A stretch of DNA of 64,000 nt from Dehalococcoidia bacterium (GTDB lineage: Bacteria > Chloroflexota > Dehalococcoidia > Lucifugimonadales > UBA3495), in contig OY730415.1 in the NCBI GenBank assembly GCA_963422635.1, positions 2,368,385-2,432,384 of the forward strand, read 5' to 3'. Each line of letters begins with the position of its first letter. The first letter of the stretch is position 1. The notes beneath the pieces were generated by a model that did not search any database, was not told the DNA's origin, and saw only the letters and a program-made list of their open reading frames with translations. Shown here piece by piece: positions 58,325 through 64,000 of the stretch. The position numbers and the translations under genes were made by a program.

Positions 58325-60430
58325 CTACCGGCCGGTGGAGAACTCTCCACTCCAAACCCGGCGGCCCGTGTCCGGTATCGACTGACTGGTTCTGATACCG
58401 GCGATGGGATAGTAGGGCAAGTCGATATGCGCAACGCATTTACCGTCGAACATCGCGCCACGCCGGTCAAAGATAAAACCGAAGTTATCAAAACCGTATT
58501 GCCGGCGCGGTTCCGACAAATCATTCACGTCCTCCGGGATTGTATGAAGATGAATGTGCGCTTTCATATCTGTCAGGGTGCAAGGCTCTTTGAGATAGGT
58601 CAGCTTCCTCCCGTCGAGATATACCTGGAAATCGGCGTCGATAATCAGCTTGCCGGACACCATAGAACGGCGCTTCTCATCGTTGGTTTCAACCGCCGCC
58701 GCGTTCACCAAATCCGGGGATCTGGCGATCACCGACATTATGGTATTGCCGTACACCTTGCGAGCATAAACCGGAGTAGGGGAGGTCTCTTCATCGAGTC
58801 CAATACTCTTGCGGATGGGAAACTCGCGATGTTGGCGGAAGGTGATATAGAAATCCGCGTCGTCCGCAGAGGTGAGCAGTATCCGGTATCGATCCGCCTG
58901 GGGAAGCGCCTCCCGGTTCCATCTTAGTGAAGACGCCGGTGAGCTCACCGATATGGTCGAAGAAGGGTAACGGTCGAGCAGATACTCGAAGCCTTCCCGA
59001 AGAGAAACGCCCCAATAATCCAGGTCATACTGATCCCTCAAATACTCCGGCGTGGTTCGGTCCACCAGGAAGTTGAAATAGACCTGCTGATGGGGATGAA
59101 TCTGAACCATGGCGACGACCGCGGTAGCTATGCCAATTCCCGCCAGGCCGTACACCCCGGCGCGCAAAGAACGAGGGCGCAAGGTGGAGACCAGCCAAAG
59201 CAAACCGAACCCGGCCAGCAGGCAGAAGGGGGCATAGATAAAGTACATTTGACGCCAGTCGTTATATAGGGTGGAACCCAACAGAGCCGCCGCCAGAACG
59301 GGCAGCAGAACGCAGCCGACGAGCAGAAAGCCGAAGCGCAGCTCGGTGTTGCGCAGAATAGCGCCGGGGCCGGTTATGCCGCGATAGCAGACCGCCGCCG
59401 TCCCGACGATCCCCAGCAGGAGCGTTACCGGCGGAGTCGTGATGGCGGCCCATACCGGAATGTAGTTCCAAGGGACTTCATGCGAGCTGGTAGGCTCGCC
59501 CCGGAATAATATCGTCTCAGTATTGGGATAATCGGACATTCGCATAAGCGCTTCCATAAAACGGCCGAAGGGGTCGCCCCACAGCCAGGGCCAGGTAAGG
59601 TACAGGGTGAGCAGAGCGGCCGCAGCGAACAGCCCGCCAGTTATCAGAGTATGCTTCCACTCCCCCTCTCCTCGCCCGAAGGCATAGCAAGTATCGAACG
59701 CCCGCAGCGCCCCAACCGCGAAGAAGAGCATTCCTCCGATAATGCGTATGTTGGTGAGCATCCCTACCGCGATGCCACAGGCCAGAAAGGCCCAGAGAGT
59801 ATCGTTGCGAAAGGCTCGATGGGTGAAGTAAAGGGCAATCATAAACATACTGAGGAAGGGCAGGTCTTTGGAGTTGAAGAAGGAGTGGGCATACAGCCGG
59901 GGGTGCAGCAGAAACAGCAGCAGCGCGCAGAGGGCCAGCAGGCGATTGTTGAACATCCGGTAAGCCAGTAAGTAGCAGCAGAAGCCGCCGGCCACAAAGA
60001 AGAGGTGGGTCAGGAAATGGCGGAGCAAATGGATGCTGCGGGAGTCCTCCAGACCCAGGAGCCGTTCCGCCCGCAGGAGGGGCAGCTCGAAGCCGACGCC
60101 GTAAAAACGGTCCCAATGCAGCAGCAGCTCGTCGTCGATGCCCGAAACATATTTGTCGGTTACCAGGGCAAGCCGCCGTTGCGTAATCTCATCCGTGGAC
60201 ATGCCGTAATCGTCGAGAACGGCAGCGCCGACGGCCAAAAAGAGAGCGCAAACCGTCAGGGCTAAAACCCAGTGCGGGGCTCGGGAAAGCAGGGTAATGA
60301 GTTTATTGTTGTTGCCCAAGGTTCGCAACGGTTGGAAGAGAGTCTTCCAGCCGTTGCGAATTAGAACATCAGTACGGGGGGGGGGGGGGGGGGGGGGGGG
60401 GGTAAGTTTGCCTAATCGGAAGTTCCTCAC
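58325..60430 (-). CDS. GT39/ArnT-like (PMT_2-type) polytopic membrane glycosyltransferase; start uncertain
   Basis: More than ten TM helices, with a DE motif in the first loop (GMSTDEITQ) after TM1 and a large C-terminal soluble domain. The track ORF start at 60547 overlaps oppF by 88 nt. Candidate starts are TTG 60451, GTG 60430, or a TTG downstream of the poly-C tract. Confidence 0.6.
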   Translation of the reverse strand: MRNFRLGKLTPPPPPPPPRTDVLIRNGWKTLFQPLRTLGNNNKLITLLSRAPHWVLALTVCALFLAVGAAVLDDYGMSTDEITQRRLALVTDKYVSGIDDELLLHWDRFYGVGFELPLLRAERLLGLEDSRSIHLLRHFLTHLFFVAGGFCCYLLAYRMFNNRLLALCALLLFLLHPRLYAHSFFNSKDLPFLSMFMIALYFTHRAFRNDTLWAFLACGIAVGMLTNIRIIGGMLFFAVGALRAFDTCYAFGRGEGEWKHTLITGGLFAAAALLTLYLTWPWLWGDPFGRFMEALMRMSDYPNTETILFRGEPTSSHEVPWNYIPVWAAITTPPVTLLLGIVGTAAVCYRGITGPGAILRNTELRFGFLLVGCVLLPVLAAALLGSTLYNDWRQMYFIYAPFCLLAGFGLLWLVSTLRPRSLRAGVYGLAGIGIATAVVAMVQIHPHQQVYFNFLVDRTTPEYLRDQYDLDYWGVSLREGFEYLLDRYPSSTISVSSPASSLRWNREALPQADRYRILLTSADDADFYITFRQHREFPIRKSIGLDEETSPTPVYARKVYGNTIMSVIARSPDLVNAAAVETNDEKRRSMVSGKLIIDADFQVYLDGRKLTYLKEPCTLTDMKAHIHLHTIPEDVNDLSEPRRQYGFDNFGFIFDRRGAMFDGKCVAHIDLPYYPIAGIRTSQSIPDTGRRVWSGEFSTGR
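60376..60402. repeat. homopolymeric tract, 27 G on the plus strand (27 C on the coding strand)
   Basis: I counted the run directly in the sequence. In the long ORF it reads as the end of a Thr codon, eight CCC Pro codons, then the start of CGT. Confidence 0.95.
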
Positions 60431-60459
60431 GCTGTAAGGTATCAGTAGCAAGTATTGGG

Positions 60460-61503
60460 CTAGTAGGAGCCGTAGCCCGGGGCTTGGATGCAAGCGGCCC
60501 AGTGATTCGGCTCTACTTCGCGCAGTTCCGGCGTTACTGCGGAACAACTGTCTATGGCGATGGGGCAGCGGGGGTGGAATACACAGCCGCTGGGCGGGTT
60601 CAAGGGGCTAGGCACCTCGCCGCTAAGCAGGATGCGCTCCCGCTGGGCGTCGATTACCGGGTCCGGTATCGGAACCGCCGAAAGCAAGGCGCGGGTGTAG
60701 GGGTGGAGGGGCGTTTGGTAGATTTCGTTCCGGTCGGCAATCTCTACAATATGGCCCAAGTACATCACCGCTACCCGGTCACTGATGTGGCGCACCACCG
60801 AAAGGTCGTGGGCAATGAAGAGATAGGTCAGGTCGAACCGCTCCTGCAAGTCTTCCAGCAAGTTGACAATCTGGGCCTGAATCGACACATCCAGGGCCGA
60901 CACCGGCTCGTCGCAAACGATGAAGGAGGGGTCAACGGACAGGGCGCGGGCCACGCCGATGCGCTGGCGTTGGCCGCCGCTGAACTCGTGGGGGAACCGG
61001 TCGGCCATATAGGGGTTCAAGCCCACGTTCTGCAACAATTCCGCCACCCGGTCTTTATATTCCTCCTTACTGTTGACCAAACCGTGGACAATCAGCGGCT
61101 CGCCGATGATGTTGCCACAGGTCATCCGGGGGTTCAGAGAGCTATACGGGTCCTGGAAAATGACCTGCATCCGCCGCCGCATTGCGCGCATTTGGCCGGT
61201 GGAGAGCCCGGTCAGTTCCTGTCCGTCAAATACTACCTGCCCGTCGGTGGGACGGTACAACTGAAGAATACAGCGTCCCGTAGTGGTCTTTCCGCAGCCG
61301 CTTTCGCCAACCAAACCCAAGGTCTCACCCCGGCGGACAAAGAAGCTCACATCGTCAACTGCCTTGATATGGGCCACGGCTCGCTGAAAGATAATTCCCG
61401 ACGTAACCGGGAAATGCATTTTGAGGTTCTTAACCTCCAGCAAAATTTCACCGGATTGGGCCGTGCCGCTGCCTTGCGTCCCGGTTTCAGTCATTGTGGT
61501 CAT
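60460..61503 (-). CDS. ABC transporter ATP-binding protein, oligopeptide/dipeptide type (OppF/DppF-like)
   Basis: Walker [10 protein letters not shown], signature FSGGQRQR, Walker [13 protein letters not shown], and a C-terminal oligopeptide-type extension with Cys residues. Confidence 0.9.
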   Translation of the reverse strand: MTTMTETGTQGSGTAQSGEILLEVKNLKMHFPVTSGIIFQRAVAHIKAVDDVSFFVRRGETLGLVGESGCGKTTTGRCILQLYRPTDGQVVFDGQELTGLSTGQMRAMRRRMQVIFQDPYSSLNPRMTCGNIIGEPLIVHGLVNSKEEYKDRVAELLQNVGLNPYMADRFPHEFSGGQRQRIGVARALSVDPSFIVCDEPVSALDVSIQAQIVNLLEDLQERFDLTYLFIAHDLSVVRHISDRVAVMYLGHIVEIADRNEIYQTPLHPYTRALLSAVPIPDPVIDAQRERILLSGEVPSPLNPPSGCVFHPRCPIAIDSCSAVTPELREVEPNHWAACIQAPGYGSY

Positions 61504-61538
61504 AGTCTCATACTCTCCGCCAGCTCGTTTTCTTGAGC

Positions 61539-62627
61539 TTATTCGGTTTCGGCCGTCGCCTCAGAATTGCTAGCGCCATTTGCCCCATTCGTACTGTCGC
61601 CGGGGATTTGGTCGCGGAGGCTTTCATCCAACAAAAAGTCCAGGGCCGACGGGCCCAGTTCGTCGGAACGCCAGCACGCCGACCAGTGGCCCTCGTTGAC
61701 CAACATAAGAGGAGGAGTATCCGTGGCGCACTTATCCACCGCCCAACGGCAACGGTTCCGAAAGGCGCAGCCATCCGGCACGTTAATCAAGTCGGGGGGT
61801 TGGCCCTCAATGGGGTCCAGTTTGGCGCGGCGGGGCAGGTCCAGACGGGGAACCGACTTTAGCAGGCCAACGGTGTAGGGATGGCGAGGGTTGCTGTAAA
61901 CCTCGCGGGCGTCCCCACGCTCAATAATCCTGCCCGCATACATTATGTTCATCCGGTTGGCGTAACGCGCCACCACCCCCAAGTTGTGGGTGATGATGAT
62001 GAGGGAAACGCCAAATTCGCTCGTCAGAGATTTCATCAGCTCCAGAATCTGAGCTTGAATAGTCACGTCCAAGGCGGTAGTCGGCTCGTCGGCGATAATC
62101 AACCTGGGATTGCAACTGAGGGCCATGGCGATCATTGCCCTCTGGCGCATACCACCGCTGAACTGATGCGGATATTGGCGCACCCGCCTTTCGGCATCGG
62201 GGATCCCCACCCGGGACAGCAGGTCGATCGATTCCTGGCGGGCTACTTCGCGGTTCATACCTCGGTGAAGCTGCAGGGTCTCGCTGAGTTGGCGCTCCAA
62301 AGTAAGCACCGGGTTAAGGGAGGTCATCGGTTCCTGAAATACCATGGCCATCTTGGCGCCTCGTATACGGCGCATATCGTCCATGTCAATCTTCAGGATG
62401 TCCTCCCCCTCGAAGAGCAGCTCGCCATCCACTATTTTGCCGGGCGGGTCGGGAATCAGCCGCATCAGGGAGAGGGCGCTGACGCTTTTACCGCACCCGC
62501 TCTCCCCGACCAGGCCGAGGGTTTCCCCCTCTTCAACCTCATAAGAGACCCCGTCAACGGCTTTGACCACACCCTCAAAGGTGTAGAAATAGGTTCTAAG
62601 GTCTTTAACTTCCAGAAGCGTAGCCAA
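61539..62627 (-). CDS. ABC transporter ATP-binding protein, oligopeptide/dipeptide type (OppD/DppD-like)
   Basis: Walker [10 protein letters not shown], signature FSGGMRQR, Walker [13 protein letters not shown]. Confidence 0.9.
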   Translation of the reverse strand: MATLLEVKDLRTYFYTFEGVVKAVDGVSYEVEEGETLGLVGESGCGKSVSALSLMRLIPDPPGKIVDGELLFEGEDILKIDMDDMRRIRGAKMAMVFQEPMTSLNPVLTLERQLSETLQLHRGMNREVARQESIDLLSRVGIPDAERRVRQYPHQFSGGMRQRAMIAMALSCNPRLIIADEPTTALDVTIQAQILELMKSLTSEFGVSLIIITHNLGVVARYANRMNIMYAGRIIERGDAREVYSNPRHPYTVGLLKSVPRLDLPRRAKLDPIEGQPPDLINVPDGCAFRNRCRWAVDKCATDTPPLMLVNEGHWSACWRSDELGPSALDFLLDESLRDQIPGDSTNGANGASNSEATAETE

Positions 62628-62738
62628 ATGGTTTCCCTCCGTCCACGAAATAAGCGCTATTCAAGTTTTGCCATCGAATGGCGCAATCCAGGGTAACAAG
62701 GAACGCAACCCCCACCCAACCTCAGATGCTTCTAGGAG

Positions 62739-62820
62739 TGGGGAAGGGGAGACTCGAACTCCCACGCTTTGCAGCACATGATCCTAAGTCATGCTCGTCT
62801 TCCAATTCCGACACTCCCCC
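62739..62820 (-). tRNA. tRNA-Leu (anticodon UAG), long variable arm, CCA not encoded
   Basis: Hand-folded. Acceptor GGGGGAG/CTTCCCC, anticodon arm CATGA-CTTAGGA-TCATG, a 13-nt variable arm, and T arm GGGAG-TTCGAGT-CTCCC. Confidence 0.88.
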
Positions 62821-62858
62821 AGTTACGTAGAAACCATGCAAAGGCAACCGATCCGAAT

Positions 62859-62934
62859 TGGTGACCCGCCTCGGGGTCGAACCGAGAACCTACGGATTAA
62901 GAGTCCGTTGCTCTGCCAGTTGAGCTAGCGGGCC
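62859..62934 (-). tRNA. tRNA-Lys (anticodon CUU), CCA encoded
   Basis: Hand-folded. Acceptor GGCCCGC/GCGGGTC, D arm GCTC-AACTGGCA-GAGC, anticodon arm ACGGA-CTCTTAA-TCCGT, and T arm CTCGG-TTCGACC-CCGAG. Confidence 0.9.
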
Positions 62935-63157
62935 AACCCTTATGAACCCCAACTTTAAACGCTTTTGGAAGCGCTTCCAAGCCGGCCAAGCCTATCAATA
63001 GTTCCCCTTTCTTGTCAATAGACCGGCAGTAACAGGTAGCGTCTCCATTTGAATCTCTTAGCTACCCCGCTCCAGTCGGTCAATTCCCAAGAGAGCCGCT
63101 GCCGCTAACCGGCTCGGAATGACGTTTTCCGGGCCGGGGTGTATAATCGGCCTCACT

Positions 63158-63187
63158 CCGGTTGAAATACGGCCGGTTGAAATACGG
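63158..63187. repeat. perfect tandem duplication of a 15-nt unit (CCGGTTGAAATACGG x2)
   Basis: Seen directly, about 11 nt downstream of a TATAAT hexamer at 63142-63147 and upstream of the MFS gene. Confidence 0.85.
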
Positions 63188-63324
63188 CGGTATTGACCCT
63201 CGGATTGAAGCCGGAGCCTACCGGCAGCCTATCAACGTAAGCCAACTGGTTACCGTACCGATTTACAACTTTACAATAGGGCAGGTGAAGGATAGTGGTC
63301 GCATCTACCGCCATTGCTCCTCCG

Positions 63325-64000
63325 ATGGATCAAGAAAACCGCACCAAGGACTCCGTTATGGCGACCACCGTAATCGGCGCTCATGCCTTTGAGCACTTTT
63401 ACGCCCATACCATCCCCTTTCTGGCGGCGATTATTGCCGCCGATCTGGGATTGGGCGCCTTTCAAGTGGGGCTGATTGTCGTAGTGCGCTCCATCTTTGG
63501 CGGACTGACCAGCACCGTGGGCGGCTTCCTGGTGGACCTGTTCCACCACCGGGTATCCTGGGTGCTTTCCATTAGCGCTTTCAGCATCGGGGTGGGCTAC
63601 CTGCTGATGTCCCTTGCGCCGACCTATATTCTAATTCTAGCAGCCTTGTCCCTGGGGTCTATGGGCAGCGCCCTGTGGCACCCGCCGGCGCTGGGTTTAC
63701 TGGCGCGGCGGTTTCCCACCAAGCGCGGATTGCTCATTTCGATGCATCGGTCCATGGGCAGCATCGGCGATGTACTGGGGCCAATGGTGGCCGGCGCGCT
63801 AATCGCCGGCGCGCTGGTCTGGACCGTCAGCAGCGGTTCTACCGAGGAGCCCCTGTTTTCCTGGAATCTACCTTGGGAAAGTGTCAGTTGGCGCTGGGTA
63901 CTAGGCGCCAGTACGCCGATTATGTTCTTTTCCAGCATTGCCATATTCTTCCTGCTGCGCCATGCCGGGGAGGCTAGGCCAGCGGACTTTAACCTGGGCC
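63325..64000 (+). CDS. MFS transporter (5' part; continues beyond the window)
   Basis: Open frame to the window end, absent from the ORF track because no stop is reached. Translation is MDQENRTKDSVMATTVIGAHAFEHFY...GLIVVVRSIFGGLTS...LGSMGSALWHPPALGLLARRFPTKRGLLISMH, with the MFS motif-A-like region. An alternative start is the GTG at 63295. Confidence 0.7.
   Translation, partial: MDQENRTKDSVMATTVIGAHAFEHFYAHTIPFLAAIIAADLGLGAFQVGLIVVVRSIFGGLTSTVGGFLVDLFHHRVSWVLSISAFSIGVGYLLMSLAPTYILILAALSLGSMGSALWHPPALGLLARRFPTKRGLLISMHRSMGSIGDVLGPMVAGALIAGALVWTVSSGSTEEPLFSWNLPWESVSWRWVLGASTPIMFFSSIAIFFLLRHAGEARPADFNLG

Noticed and set aside
60484-62696. 350-aa and 271-aa plus-strand ORFs opposite the two ABC ATPase genes
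   Set aside because: The Walker A/B and signature motifs are on the minus strand, so these are shadow ORFs.
62739-63325. tRNA-flanked integration site or genomic island next to tRNA-Leu and tRNA-Lys
   Set aside because: No integrase or recombinase gene, no duplicated tRNA 3' fragment, and no compositional break are visible within the window. The adjacent genes are ordinary transporter genes.

Overview
This 64 kb window is gene-dense, with about 60 protein genes on both strands. GC content looks high by eye. Most genes are housekeeping. The recognisable set is rbfA-truB, lexA, rpsT, gyrB, trpS, recA-recX, rny-ymdB, dnaJ-prmA, ribH, alaS-ruvX, two fabF copies, folC, recJ, lgt, ispE, rsmA/ksgA, galU and lepA. 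There are three tRNAs (Gln-UUG, Leu-UAG, Lys-CUU). A long-form SRP RNA lies in a 580-nt gap that the ORF track fills with spurious ORFs. I saw no rRNA, CRISPR array, transposase or integrase. The gene content (RNase Y plus YmdB, LLM-class oxidoreductases, an inositol-lipid operon, Alu-domain SRP RNA, frequent TTG/GTG starts with GGAGG-type RBS) suggests a Chloroflexota-like or other Terrabacteria genome. That placement is inference only. Many long ORFs in the track are antisense shadows of real genes, as expected in GC-rich DNA, and were rejected. The items most worth a second look are:
- a 27-nt poly-G/C tract at the 5' end of a GT39/ArnT-like glycosyltransferase gene;
- a B12-domain radical SAM enzyme with four tandem amphipathic repeats, sitting directly upstream of a second fabF and a small membrane protein;
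- an ino1 / GT4 / CDP-alcohol phosphatidyltransferase operon;
- an atypical kinase plus PP2C pair;
- a translationally coupled nucleotidyltransferase-MoxR-DUF58-DUF4129 operon;
- two unrelated repeat pairs, each 28 nt with a 60-61 nt period, in long intergenic gaps;
- a multiply frameshifted LLM oxidoreductase pseudogene.
No complete, clearly novel multi-gene system can be demonstrated from sequence alone. All functional calls rest on motif recognition by eye, not on database searches.
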